A stretch of DNA of 64,000 nt from Candidatus Helarchaeota archaeon (GTDB lineage Archaea > Asgardarchaeota > Lokiarchaeia > Helarchaeales > RDOG01), in contig JALGVI010000018.1 of NCBI GenBank assembly GCA_029838215.1, positions 1 through 64,000 on the forward strand, written 5' to 3'. This document shows, in pieces, positions 1 through 10,604 of this stretch. Within the stretch, counting starts at the first letter, position 1. Every line of letters starts with the position of its first letter. The notes under the pieces are model-generated. The model saw nothing but the letters and a program-made list of their open reading frames with translations. It was not told the origin of the DNA and did no database searches. A program made the translations under genes and the position numbers.

Positions 1-180
1 GGTTTGTTTAAAAATAGGTTATGGGGATTTTGGCTGGGTGTTTCGAGCCTGATCATTACCATGATATTAGACATGTGGCTCTTGCCTGTCGGTGCATTTG
101 AAATCTTTGCATGCATAATACTGCTGATGATCTTGACCATTGGATATTGTGGAGAAAAGCCAATTATTAATACAGAATGA
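1..180 (+). CDS. 3' end of a membrane protein (partial, runs off the window)
   Basis: Frame 1 is open from base 1 to TGA at 178-180. It reads GLFKNRLWGFWLGVSSLIITMILDMWLLPVGAFEIFACIILLMILTIGYCGEKPIINTE, with two hydrophobic segments. Confidence 0.6.
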   Translation, partial: GLFKNRLWGFWLGVSSLIITMILDMWLLPVGAFEIFACIILLMILTIGYCGEKPIINTE

Positions 181-228
181 TTTGAAACCATTTGAAGTTT
201 ATAATCGATTTAAACCACGTATTTTTTC

Positions 229-1082
229 CTATTTTCGATTGATTTTCTTTTCTTTAGCGAGTATTTCAATTATTTTTGGAGTTATGTAGTCGGTCACGTC
301 GACACGTGCGCCTCCCATTGTTGTAATGACGAGCTTTCCATTACAATATTCGTCAGCACAGTTTTTAATGACATCCACTAATCTCGGAAAGAAATCCCTA
401 GTTAATCCTCTATCTCCATAATCTCCAATGCATGTATCATGACCTAGAATGTGGAAAATCATGCTTGGCTTGAAGGCTTCAACACGTTGGACGAATTCGT
501 TTTCCACTCGGTCAATGTAGAAATCGTCACCTGCTCGATAACCCGTACTCACGCAAATTTTTGTCCCGTTGTCTTCCACGCGATCCCAGCTACAGAAACA
601 GACGTGAAGAACATGGCACGCGTCCCGTCTCCGTGATGACTATCCGTATCAATGATGGCAATCTTGCCGTTGAAACCGCATTCATTTCTCAAGTAATGTA
701 CGGTTGGACCCGTGATTGAAGCATATGTTCCGCCCCAAGCAGATTCAGGTGAAGCATGATGTCCCGCTGCAACCATGAAGTTAAAAGCATTTTTTAATTC
801 ACCTTTAAGAACTTTTTCCGAGGCTTCCATGAATCCGCCTATCGTGATAAGAGCTCCTTCGCAATACCATGCTCGTTCAAGGCTTTCGACATTGTTCGAA
901 TGGACGCGTGAAAGATATTCGATGGGAATTGCTTTGGATTCGAACAACTGAACATTAGGAAGATCCAGAGCCGGCTGCATTGCCTGAGGCATGTCTTCGA
1001 ACTTATCATCAATTATTGGCCACATCTGACCAACTAGCTTTTCATTAAAGAACACGCCTGTAATTCCATTCATTATAATCAC
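229..1082 (-). pseudogene. Histone deacetylase/AcuC-family amidohydrolase, frameshifted near 609-614
   Basis: ORF 549..1082 has AGHHA and IIDTDSHHGDGT. A second frame continues VLHVCFCS...LGHDT...GDRGLT...TMGGA (ORF 229..579). Together the two frames make one HDAC-fold protein. Confidence 0.85.
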
Positions 1083-1087
1083 GTTTT

Positions 1088-2443
1088 CTATTCTATAAAA
1101 ACAGATTTAAGGATTTTTCCGGGTTTTGATTGTTTGAGAATCTGGTCTTCTTCCATTACGATCTTCCCATTAACGATCGTCATGATTGCTTTACCTTGGT
1201 ATTTCCATCCATCGAATGGACTGAATCTTGCTTTTGTTTTAAACCGTGAAGGCGTGATGCAACCAGACGACGACATGTTAATGAGAGTCAAGTCTGCATC
1301 TTTGTTAATATCTATGATGCCTTTATTTTTGAGTCCAAAGAGTTTCGCAGGAATTTCGGTGATCATTTGGATTAATTGCTTAAATTTTAATCTTTTTTCG
1401 TTCACGAGTGTAAGACATAACGGAAGAAACGTTTCAAGACCAACAAGCCCGCTGGGTGCACTTGTGAAATCTCTTTCTTTTTCGCTCTTGGCATGAGGGG
1501 CGTGGTCTGTTGCAAGGATATCAATGATTCCTGAACGAATTCCTTCCCAAAGAGCATCAACGTGCGTTGCTGATCGAAGAGGAGGAAGCATTTTTGCAAT
1601 GGTTCCTTGAATGTTTACTTGATTTTTTAACAAAAGAAGATGGTGTGGCGTGATTTCGCAACTGATTTGTGGTTTTTTAACGTGTTTCAAGAATTCAATT
1701 GCTGGACGAGTGCTCACGTGACAGAAGTGTAATTTTACACGGCTTTCAAGAGCAATGCGTGCGAGTTTCTTGATGACACGTGCTTCAGAATCGGGTTCAT
1801 GAGCCTTAAAATAAGCATCAATGGCAGTCATTCCACCCTCAATGTATTCTTTTTCCAGAATGCTTAAACCCGGTTCTTCGGCGTGAATGCATGCACGAAC
1901 GGGAAGATTCTCAATAAATTGAAAGAATTTCTTGATTTTATCATCATCGGTTTGTTCATAATACGATGTCTTGTCATCCGGGTAAATTTTTACACCAACG
2001 ATGCCATCTTGTAGTAACTCTTTGATAGACTCTAAGTGTTCTGGAAGCCCTACGTGAAAACCAATGTTAATCAATCCCGCTTTTAAGGCGAGTGTCTTTT
2101 TTTTCTTGAGCGTGGTAAGTGTATTTGTTTTTGGTCGTGAATTCGGCATTTCAAGAACCGTTGTCACGCCGCCAGCGATGGCTGCTTGGCTCCCTGACAG
2201 AAAATCTTCCTTGTAACTCAAATCGAGATCGCGAAAGTGGACGTGAGCATCGATAACGCCCGGGATGATAATGGCATCTGATGCATCAACGGTTCTTTCA
2301 GCACTACCAAGTCCACCTCTCTGGACAATTCGCGATATTTTTCCATTTTTGATACCTATATCACGCCTGATGAATTCTCCTGAATGATAAACGGTTCCAT
2401 TGACAATTTTCAAGTCGAGCGAGTCAGAAATCATGTAAATCAC
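1088..2443 (-). CDS. pyrC: Dihydroorotase (amidohydrolase family)
   Basis: Motifs IIPGVIDAHVHFRD, AAIAGGVTTVLEMPN, GVKIY, IHAE, HFCHVST and ATDHAPH. Confidence 0.85.
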   Translation of the reverse strand: MIYMISDSLDLKIVNGTVYHSGEFIRRDIGIKNGKISRIVQRGGLGSAERTVDASDAIIIPGVIDAHVHFRDLDLSYKEDFLSGSQAAIAGGVTTVLEMPNSRPKTNTLTTLKKKKTLALKAGLINIGFHVGLPEHLESIKELLQDGIVGVKIYPDDKTSYYEQTDDDKIKKFFQFIENLPVRACIHAEEPGLSILEKEYIEGGMTAIDAYFKAHEPDSEARVIKKLARIALESRVKLHFCHVSTRPAIEFLKHVKKPQISCEITPHHLLLLKNQVNIQGTIAKMLPPLRSATHVDALWEGIRSGIIDILATDHAPHAKSEKERDFTSAPSGLVGLETFLPLCLTLVNEKRLKFKQLIQMITEIPAKLFGLKNKGIIDINKDADLTLINMSSSGCITPSRFKTKARFSPFDGWKYQGKAIMTIVNGKIVMEEDQILKQSKPGKILKSVFIE

Positions 2444-2484
2444 GAGAATTTATGGCTATGATAAAAATACAATGGCAAGATTTA

Positions 2485-3339
2485 CTAATTAAAATATCTT
2501 GAAAACGTCACGCGAAGAGTATCTTTCATGATTTGGACTTTGACCATGTCAGATTTTGTAACCAGCCCAATTAAGTCCATCGTGCCTTGTTTTACAACGG
2601 GAACGCCGCGCACGCCTTCTTCAATCATTATGCGAGCCGCATCTGCAATACTCGCATTAGGCGTGAGTGTCAGTCCATCTCCTTCAGTATAAATTTTCAT
2701 GAAATCTTCAACGAGAATGTGTCGTAAGCGCTCTTCCTGGTGCTTTTTCTTGACAGAATCTCGAAATTTTGCAAACGCCCTTGCGATCATGCCTTCCGAA
2801 ATAAAACCGACAAGTCTGGGACCTTCACAGACCGGTAAGAACGAAATTTGTTTTTCAAACAGAAGTTTGCGGGCGTGAATCAATCGATCATCAGGTCGAA
2901 CGGTGAAAACATTAGTTGTCATTATCTGTTCGATTGACGAATTCCTGAATTTCAAATTTATTCGTGTTAAAATCGTTTCATCAATCAGACCAATTAGTTC
3001 TCCATTTTTCAAAATGGGGAGACCTGAGGCATTTGTACGGAGCATTATTTCTGCTGCTCTTTCAGTATCAGTATCAGGATCGATGGCTTGAGGAATATCG
3101 CTCTGCACGCTGGAAACACGAATGGAAGATGTCTTGAGCGTGCCTGATTTCTTTGATCCCAACCGATCTGCAAGATCTCTCTCCGTGAGAATTCCCGCAA
3201 GTTCGTTGTTATTCATCGTAAGTAACAAAGAGTTGTTCTGTTTTTCCATCATCTCAATGGCGTCCACGATAAGACGGTCCTTATCAATTGAAACTTTTCT
3301 CAAATCAGTTTCCATTATTTCTGATACTTTCATTTTCAT
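2485..3339 (-). CDS. CBS-domain protein (two CBS pairs)
   Basis: Repeated CBS patterns: VSEIME, LAGILTERDL, IEQIMTTNVFTV, LVGFISEGMI, LIGLVTKSDM. Confidence 0.9.
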   Translation of the reverse strand: MKMKVSEIMETDLRKVSIDKDRLIVDAIEMMEKQNNSLLLTMNNNELAGILTERDLADRLGSKKSGTLKTSSIRVSSVQSDIPQAIDPDTDTERAAEIMLRTNASGLPILKNGELIGLIDETILTRINLKFRNSSIEQIMTTNVFTVRPDDRLIHARKLLFEKQISFLPVCEGPRLVGFISEGMIARAFAKFRDSVKKKHQEERLRHILVEDFMKIYTEGDGLTLTPNASIADAARIMIEEGVRGVPVVKQGTMDLIGLVTKSDMVKVQIMKDTLRVTFSRYFN

Positions 3340-3388
3340 CTCATACCATGAATTGTCTTTTTAAATATTTGAAAAAACTGAGTCATTT

Positions 3389-3925
3389 TCATAATTGAAG
3401 ACAAGATTTGCATAAAAACTCGCCATCTTCACTTTCATGTAAGTGTTCAGTCCACTCATTGCAGCGGGCACAATATCCCGAGAAGCTATCCGCTAAAAAT
3501 TCGTCCGAACAGACTTCAATCGAGAGAATTTCTAGAAGATCCGGACTTACCTTCAATATGTCCGAATAACTAATCATGCCCATGGAACGAAATGAATCAT
3601 CAATTACAACCAAGCGCTTGACGTTACCCCTTATCATTTTTTGCATTGCATCCACTAAAGGAGCATCTGGGCGAATTGTAAGCATCGGTGAAGTCATTAT
3701 GTCCTTGCACGTTACTTTCTGAGGGTCTTTTTTTAACGCCACGATACGCTGAACGATATCGCGCTCCGTGATAATACCAATTGGACGACCTTCTTCTTCA
3801 ATAGTCACACTACTAATATTTTTATCACTCATCAACTTTGCCGCTTCAAGCACGGTTGCCGTTGGATCAAGCCAATACACATCGTGGCTTTGCACTTCTT
3901 TTACTGATAATTTCGGCATTTTCAT
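3389..3925 (-). CDS. CBS-pair protein with C-terminal Zn finger
   Basis: PIGIITERDIV and MGMISYSDIL, followed by CARC...CKSC. Confidence 0.9.
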   Translation of the reverse strand: MKMPKLSVKEVQSHDVYWLDPTATVLEAAKLMSDKNISSVTIEEEGRPIGIITERDIVQRIVALKKDPQKVTCKDIMTSPMLTIRPDAPLVDAMQKMIRGNVKRLVVIDDSFRSMGMISYSDILKVSPDLLEILSIEVCSDEFLADSFSGYCARCNEWTEHLHESEDGEFLCKSCLQL

Positions 3926-4353
3926 CTCATTCCATCAGTTCATTCTCTATAAGGAATTTTATTTGAAAAGAATATTATCTTGCCACTTGAACCAAAAAAA
4001 AATTCCAACCCTGTATTTAAAGGCCAAAAACTCAGTCATGTTAATTCATTTTGTTTTTTTTTCAAGTCGGAAACTCCGTCAAAACTAATAAGATTGATCG
4101 TTTAAATATTTTCAGTAAGAGAAATTATCTCTGCAATTTGGAGCCATGGATGATTACTACTCGGCAAAAAAAGCCCGTGCATGTAAATAAACGATCAAAT
4201 AAACATGGATGTCAATTTCATGACTCGTCAATAATAAAACAAATAAGATTCTAAATAATCCATACGTTACAGAAAAAATAAAAGATCTGCACGTGCATGA
4301 ATCTTGTTGTAAAGCGAAAAAATATTCAAAATGATAAGAAAGAAGGAATTAAC

Positions 4354-5601
4354 ATGTCCCGAGCCACGTATTCTCCAACGAAAGATGAATTGAAAGGAAA
4401 ATCCGTTGTTCTTCTATATTCAGGTGGATTGGACACGAGCGTGATGCTGAAATGGATTCAAGAGGAATACTCTTGTGAATTGATCTCGCTTACATGTGAT
4501 GTTGGACAACCCGGGAAGAACTTTAAACAGGTTGAAGAAAAAGCTCATAAGTTGAACGTGAAAAAGCATTTTACACTTGATCTAAAAGAAGAATTTGTTA
4601 ATGAATATGTATTTCCTGCCTTAAAGGCGAATGCCCTGTATGAAGGCTCATATCCCTTGCATTCTGCATTATCGAGACCACTCTTGGCAAGGCACGCCAT
4701 CACAATTGCAGAAAAAGAGAATGCAGTAGCCATATCTCATGGATGTACGGGGAAGGGAAATGATCAGGTTCGCATCAACATAACCGCATATTCCTTAAAT
4801 CCTGCAATTAAAATCATACAACCCATCGTGGAATGGGGAATGCTACGAGATCAGGAAGAGGTATATGCACGAAAACATGAAATACCCATCCCTGAAAAGT
4901 CAAAATATTCCATTGATGAAAATCTTTGGGGACGTTCCATCGAATGTTCTGATTTAGAGTTTCCGGACCAAGAACCACCTGAAGATGCGTATGAGTGGAC
5001 AACAAATCCCGTCGATGCGCCTGATACGCCCGAATACGTCGAAATAAAGTTCAAAAAAGGAATTCCCGTAGCACTTAACGGAGAAGAGATGGGAGGCGTA
5101 AAATTAATCGAGACAATTAACAAGGTAGCAGGAAAACACGGCGTGGGTCGGATTGATCACCTGGAAGATCGAATCGTCGGAATGAAATCGCGCGAAATAT
5201 ACGAATCCCCTGGTGCCACAGTCTTGATAATGGCACATAAAGACCTCGAAAAAGCCATTTGCACGGCACAAGAATTTGCATTCAAACAGCTCATAGATCA
5301 ACAGTGGGCTTATTGTTGCTATGCAGGATTATGGATGAATCCATTCATGGATGACCTCAATGCTTTCATTGACAAGGTGAACGAGCGGGTCACGGGCACC
5401 GTTAGACTCAAGCTTTATAAAGGAAATGCCCTGGTGGTAGGACGAAAATCTGACTGGGCACTTTATGACTATAAACTTGCCACGTATGAAGGCATCTCAA
5501 CCTTTAACGAAAAAGCCTCATACGGGTTCGTAGAGCTTTGGGGCTTACAAACAAAGTTAGCTCAGGCAATCAAAAAAGAAAGAAATAAAAAAGGTGAATG
5601 A
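4354..5601 (+). CDS. argG: Argininosuccinate synthase
   Basis: Motifs VLLYSGGLDTS, SHGCTGKGNDQVR, YSIDENLWGRSIE, GMKSREIYE. The ATG at 4354, after AAGGA, is preferred to the ORF-track start at 4297. Confidence 0.97.
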   Translation: MSRATYSPTKDELKGKSVVLLYSGGLDTSVMLKWIQEEYSCELISLTCDVGQPGKNFKQVEEKAHKLNVKKHFTLDLKEEFVNEYVFPALKANALYEGSYPLHSALSRPLLARHAITIAEKENAVAISHGCTGKGNDQVRINITAYSLNPAIKIIQPIVEWGMLRDQEEVYARKHEIPIPEKSKYSIDENLWGRSIECSDLEFPDQEPPEDAYEWTTNPVDAPDTPEYVEIKFKKGIPVALNGEEMGGVKLIETINKVAGKHGVGRIDHLEDRIVGMKSREIYESPGATVLIMAHKDLEKAICTAQEFAFKQLIDQQWAYCCYAGLWMNPFMDDLNAFIDKVNERVTGTVRLKLYKGNALVVGRKSDWALYDYKLATYEGISTFNEKASYGFVELWGLQTKLAQAIKKERNKKGE

Positions 5602-5602
5602 A

Positions 5603-7282
5603 TTATTTCTGCTCTAATTTTTCTTTTTCTTTATCACGTAGGATTCTTCTGAGAATTTTTCCCACGCCGCTTTTCGGTAGCATTCCAACAAACTCCACGA
5701 TACGCGGATATTTATAAGCAGCCATGTTTTCTTTAGCCCACTCAACGATCTCTTCCTCGGAAATCTTGCCCTTGAACTCCTTCTTGATCGTGCAGAATGC
5801 CTTGATATTTTCTCCTTTTTCGGGATCAGGGATGCCAATGACCGTGCATTCTTGAATTGCGGGATGTTCATATAAGATTTCTTCGACTTCACGCGGATAC
5901 ACGCTATGTCCCTTGTACTTGATTAAATCCTTCACGCGATCCACCAGATATATGTAACCCTCTTCATCAAGTCGAGCAAAATCTCCCGTTCTGAGCCATT
6001 TATAACCACCTGCTTCAAAAAAAACATCTCTTGTTTCTTCAGGACGATTATGGTATCTCATCATGACTTGAGGACCGGCAACGACGAGCTCTCCTGTCTC
6101 TCCAATTGGCAAGAATTCGAGTTTTTCATTAACGATTCCAACCAACGTGTTTGCAATGGGATGCCCACAACTGAATGGTTTTTTCTTAGCCCACGGAGGC
6201 GAATTCGTCACCACTGGACTTGCTTCTGATAAGCCATATCCCTCACCCATTGCAAATCCTGTCTTTTCTTGCCACTCCTTTGCTAGCTCTTCAGGCAGAG
6301 CACCTGCACCCACATTTGAATACTTTAGACTCGAAAAATCAACATCCTTGCTCATTGGATGATTTAGCAGGTTGATAAACATGGTCGTCACGCCGAGCAT
6401 CATGTTGGCTTTTTCGTTCTGTATCGCGTGAAGAACCTGTTCGATGTTGAAAGTGGGAAAAACGAAAGACTTTGCTCCGATTAAGGGACTCTGCGCTAAC
6501 TCGCAAGTTTGTCCATAAATATGATACCAAGGCAATACTGAAATGGCAATTAATTTCCCTTTTATGTATTTTTCCTGTGCATAATCGGCAATTTCTTTGA
6601 TTTGATAAATATTTGCGATGATATTATGATGCGAAAGACATGCTCCCTTCGGCAATCCCGTCGTTCCGCCCGTGTATTGAATGACCGCGATATCATTTTT
6701 TGGATCAATCTCAACTCTAGGAATTGGTATTGATTCAGGGTTTTCTCTCATGATGGTGTTATAATGAATGATCTTGTCATCTTCCGCCTGTTTGGGAACC
6801 TCGCCCTGGATATTTACTAAAATTACTTTTTTTAACTGAATTTTGTCTTTGATTTTCTTGTATTGACGAAAAAAGCGATCGAGCATTACTAATAATCTTG
6901 CTCCTGAATCCGCAACCTGATAAGCTAGTTCTCGTGCCTTAAATAATGGTGAAATGGCGGTCAAAGTTGCTCCAATGGATAATGTTGCAAAATAAGCAAT
7001 GGAAAAATGAGGCGAATTTGGAAGCCATAGAGCGACCACGTCTCCTTTCTTCACCCCTAACTTGAGAAGTCCATTTGCAAAACGATTTGTCAAATCGGCG
7101 AGCTCTTTATAGGTGAATTGCCGAGGACCATATACCATGGCAACACGGTCACCAAATTGTTCCGAGCCAACTTCGAAAAGGTCTCTCAATGATTTATCTT
7201 CTGGAATGTCTATTTCAAGCGAAATTCCCGGAGGAAGGTAATCCTTCCAATATTTATTCTTAATATAATCAGGTAAGTCCAA
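5603..7282 (-). CDS. Long-chain fatty acid--CoA ligase (AMP-binding family)
   Basis: Motifs IQYTGGTTGLPKG, GEGYGLSEASP, WLRTGDFARLDEEGYIYLVDRVKD, PKSGVGKILRR. Confidence 0.93.
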   Translation of the reverse strand: MDLPDYIKNKYWKDYLPPGISLEIDIPEDKSLRDLFEVGSEQFGDRVAMVYGPRQFTYKELADLTNRFANGLLKLGVKKGDVVALWLPNSPHFSIAYFATLSIGATLTAISPLFKARELAYQVADSGARLLVMLDRFFRQYKKIKDKIQLKKVILVNIQGEVPKQAEDDKIIHYNTIMRENPESIPIPRVEIDPKNDIAVIQYTGGTTGLPKGACLSHHNIIANIYQIKEIADYAQEKYIKGKLIAISVLPWYHIYGQTCELAQSPLIGAKSFVFPTFNIEQVLHAIQNEKANMMLGVTTMFINLLNHPMSKDVDFSSLKYSNVGAGALPEELAKEWQEKTGFAMGEGYGLSEASPVVTNSPPWAKKKPFSCGHPIANTLVGIVNEKLEFLPIGETGELVVAGPQVMMRYHNRPEETRDVFFEAGGYKWLRTGDFARLDEEGYIYLVDRVKDLIKYKGHSVYPREVEEILYEHPAIQECTVIGIPDPEKGENIKAFCTIKKEFKGKISEEEIVEWAKENMAAYKYPRIVEFVGMLPKSGVGKILRRILRDKEKEKLEQK

Positions 7283-7412
7283 GTCAAACTCCTCACGTGA
7301 AATTGGTTATTTAAGTATGTGGACTTGCAGATATTTAACTTGAATTGTTTTTTTAAAACGGCTAAGAATTTAGAAAAAGAAGAAATTTCAAAGAGAAATG
7401 AAATGCATGAGA

Positions 7413-7793
7413 TTAAATCATCAAAATTTCGCCGATCATTTTAGAGTAATCTCGAAGCACGCTTACCGTCAAGCCCAAATCCGTGGCAGCCGTACCTGCT
7501 CCTATCATCAAAAATCCTAATCCGGCACAACTAACTATGGTAAACCCGTTTGAGCCGCGCACGACGATTTCCCATAACTCCCCTTGATTCATTTGATTTA
7601 CGCACATCTCTCCCATGTTCAAAATTGCTGCTACCATGGCAGAAAGTAAATCCGGATCAATATTCATCCGACTAAAATATGCAATGCGTCTACCTTCTTT
7701 AGTGATTAGTGCCAACGTGTGAAGATCAACTTCGGTTGCCACGCGTTGAAGAATAACCGTGATTTTCCTCTCTATTTCCTTCATGTCGCTCAT
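7413..7793 (-). CDS. Roadblock/LC7 (MglB/LAMTOR-like) domain protein
   Basis: 126 aa with the roadblock pattern LALITKEGRRI...DPDLLSAMVAAILNMGE...GELWEIVVRGSNG. Confidence 0.85.
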   Translation of the reverse strand: MSDMKEIERKITVILQRVATEVDLHTLALITKEGRRIAYFSRMNIDPDLLSAMVAAILNMGEMCVNQMNQGELWEIVVRGSNGFTIVSCAGLGFLMIGAGTAATDLGLTVSVLRDYSKMIGEILMI

Positions 7794-8248
7794 TCGTTAA
7801 TCCTTCCACAGAATTCCTTTTTATGCAAATAGTCACGCTCACCTAAATATATATTTTATTTCATTTGAGTTACAAGATACAAATAAGAAAATGATCCATT
7901 ATATATTTCCTATTTTTCTATCACGATTACATGATTTCTATTGTTGAAAATTCCTTTTATGAGTAAAAAGTAGAAAACTCAGGATTAGGGAGTGGGATCA
8001 GCCCCATTGGTAAGCCAGTTTAAATCGAATCGGACAAAAACTAAGTATTCATGATAAAGAAATTCAGTCTTTTTCCATTCCATTACTCATATCATAAATT
8101 ATAATCTCGATTTTTTAAAAAAACACCGATGATTCACCTCTTGGAATGGAATTGCTTAAATTTTAAGAGCATTTTAATAACTTCGACGTAAACAAATATA
8201 TCTTTGAATGAAATAGTATCATCACTCATGATGATCTGGTGAGTCAAA

Positions 8249-9658
8249 ATGGTTTTGGAAAAGCTCAGCCAAGGACTTAGCAATGTCGTGCGAAAAATAA
8301 AGGGTCTTCCCGTTATTGATAAGATTGCGATTCAAAAAATATCAAATGAATTACAAAGAGCTCTAATTGAATCTGACGTAAACATTGAGCTGACCCTGGC
8401 ATTGACTGATCGAATACAAAAAAGAATATACAAGGTAGACATTCCGCCCGGACTTTCTCCTGAAAAATACTTGATAAAGATAATCTACGAAGAATTAACG
8501 AATTTCCTTGGCGAGCGTGCATATGATCTAAACCTGACTCCGGGTAAATTGAACAAAATCCTGCTCATCGGCATCCAAGGTTCGGGAAAGACCACGACTG
8601 CGGGGAAGTTATCCCGATTTCTCTCAAAGAAGGGATATAAGATGGGCTTGATTTGCGCCGATACTTATCGTCCGGGTGCTCACGACCAATTAAAACAAAT
8701 TTCCGAGAAGCTTGAAAACATAAAATTTTATGGTGAGCCGGAAAACAAAAACGCCATCAAGATCGTTAAAAACGGGCTGAATGCTCTGAAAAAAGAAAAG
8801 TTAGATGTTGTAATAATCGATTCAGCAGGTCGCCACAAAGATGAAGAAGATCTGATGAAAGAAATGAGACTATTGGCGAAACAAATCCAGCCCGATGAGA
8901 TCATTCTCGTCATTGATGGAACGATCGGTCAGCAATGTGCTTCACAAGCTTTCAATTTTAATAATCAACTCAAGTCCATTCAACAAATTGGTTCGATCAT
9001 CGTTACTAAACTTGATGGTTCGGCACGTGGTGGTGGTGCTCTTTCAGCAGTGGCTGCCACGGGGGCTCCCATCAAGTTCATCGGCACGGGGGAAAAACTC
9101 GAAGAACTCGAAAAATTTAATCCGAAGAATTTCGTGGGACGCCTTCTGGGCATGCCCGATCTTGAAACTTTTCTTGAAAAGGTCAAAGAAGCGGAACTCA
9201 CGCCTTCGAAAGATATGAAACAACGCCTCATGTCCGGTAAATTCACGCTCTTAGACATGTACGAACAGATGAAATCCATCCGAAAGATGGGTCCAATCAG
9301 CAAGATGCTTGAAATGTTCGGTCTTGGTGGACAGCTTCCACCTGATTTTAAAAATTTGGCTGAAGGACAGATGGATCGGATGAAGTACATCCTTGAATCA
9401 ATGACTCATAAGGAATTGGAAGAACCGAAAGTTCTTAATTCATCCCGGATCAAGCGAATTGCGCGAGGATCAGGTACCACGGAACGAGAAATAAAGGACA
9501 TGTTGGCTCAATTCAACATGATGAAGAAAATGATCAAAAAATTCGGAAAAGATCGACGCTTCCGCAAAGGTCAAGCTCCCGGCGGCATGCCAGGTTTTCC
9601 GCCCGGTGGAATGCCCGGAATGAAGGCTCCAAAGAAATTCAAGTATAAACGGCTTTAA
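8249..9658 (+). CDS. srp54: Signal recognition particle protein SRP54
   Basis: GIQGSGKTTT, DTYRPGA, DSAGRH, TKLDGSARGGGALS, an M-domain with RIKRIARGSG, and a Gly/Met/Pro-rich tail. Confidence 0.98.
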   Translation: MVLEKLSQGLSNVVRKIKGLPVIDKIAIQKISNELQRALIESDVNIELTLALTDRIQKRIYKVDIPPGLSPEKYLIKIIYEELTNFLGERAYDLNLTPGKLNKILLIGIQGSGKTTTAGKLSRFLSKKGYKMGLICADTYRPGAHDQLKQISEKLENIKFYGEPENKNAIKIVKNGLNALKKEKLDVVIIDSAGRHKDEEDLMKEMRLLAKQIQPDEIILVIDGTIGQQCASQAFNFNNQLKSIQQIGSIIVTKLDGSARGGGALSAVAATGAPIKFIGTGEKLEELEKFNPKNFVGRLLGMPDLETFLEKVKEAELTPSKDMKQRLMSGKFTLLDMYEQMKSIRKMGPISKMLEMFGLGGQLPPDFKNLAEGQMDRMKYILESMTHKELEEPKVLNSSRIKRIARGSGTTEREIKDMLAQFNMMKKMIKKFGKDRRFRKGQAPGGMPGFPPGGMPGMKAPKKFKYKRL

Positions 9659-9681
9659 ATTATAAAAACGAAATGAAACTT

Positions 9682-10476
9682 TCAATCCGAGACGCTAGAT
9701 GCTTTTTTTGCCTGTAACGATGAAAGAAATTTAATGTCTTTTTTCCATTTTTCTGCGAAATACATTATTTTACCTGTTATGGTTGGCCATTTGATTTCAT
9801 CCGCAGATTCTCCATTAAATACTTTCAATTCGCTGAGTTTATCCAAATATAATTCAATCTCACGCGGAATCAGGTCATTTATACCGCTTAAATCCACTTT
9901 CAACTGGTCATTTTCCTTCTCAACCTTCTCATCTTCACAAAATTGACAAATCATGCATTTATCAACGCGGTTTTTCACGAGATTTTGCAAAACCAGTTGA
10001 AGGATTAGATTTCTCTCACTTTCTTTCATGCCGAATTTAAGCTTTCGCGCAAAAAAAGCAGTTCGACAAAGGTAAGATGGAAAAATACAGAAGTTACGGA
10101 CAACCCAGAATGAATTCGTGACCGGTAGCATCGGTAACTCGTGTGCCAAAGAATAAAAAACTTCTTTTCCTTTTTTCATTTTCTGTAATACTTTTTCCTT
10201 CGTGAGCTGATTTAAGTAAAGGCTGATTGTACTCCTAGAAATGTCCATGAAAAACTTTTGAAACTGTTCTTCAATCTGATTAGTGGTTACACTTCTCACG
10301 CCATTTTCATTAAGCCATAGAAAAAGCCCTAAGATCTTGTGTTTTTGGAGCTCACCCACTCGCCTTGAAGAACTTCCGCATGGCTGTTTCCACCACACGC
10401 TATTCAACGTGGGAATGTTATTTTCCTTGATAACGTCTCGCAGGAGTTTTAAATCGCAATAAATTTCTATACTCAT
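9682..10476 (-). CDS. Winged-helix DNA-binding protein (ArsR-like HTH), function unknown
   Basis: DISRSTISLYLNQLTKEKVLQKMKKGKEVFYSL fits a wHTH. ATG at 10476 preferred. Confidence 0.6.
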   Translation of the reverse strand: MSIEIYCDLKLLRDVIKENNIPTLNSVWWKQPCGSSSRRVGELQKHKILGLFLWLNENGVRSVTTNQIEEQFQKFFMDISRSTISLYLNQLTKEKVLQKMKKGKEVFYSLAHELPMLPVTNSFWVVRNFCIFPSYLCRTAFFARKLKFGMKESERNLILQLVLQNLVKNRVDKCMICQFCEDEKVEKENDQLKVDLSGINDLIPREIELYLDKLSELKVFNGESADEIKWPTITGKIMYFAEKWKKDIKFLSSLQAKKASSVSD

Positions 10477-10604
10477 TTTCTGCCTACCGATCCAAGCATT
10501 AATCACGATCGAAAGCTTTAATCGTAAGACTCGGAGCCTTTAATTACTAACATGGAAGTTATTTTCTGATCTTATCAAAAGCTTCTTCTAACGATTAAAT
10601 TCTT

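Noticed and set aside
4051-4254. Short intergenic ORFs (4051..4254, 31042..31281, 38303..38491, 47842..48033) and the many antisense ORFs nested in real genes
   Set aside because: They show no motifs, and lie in AT-rich promoter regions or opposite well-supported genes.
9575-9625. PGGMPG repeat in the SRP54 tail
   Set aside because: Gly/Met-rich tails are common in SRP54 proteins. This is low-complexity coding sequence, not a separate element.
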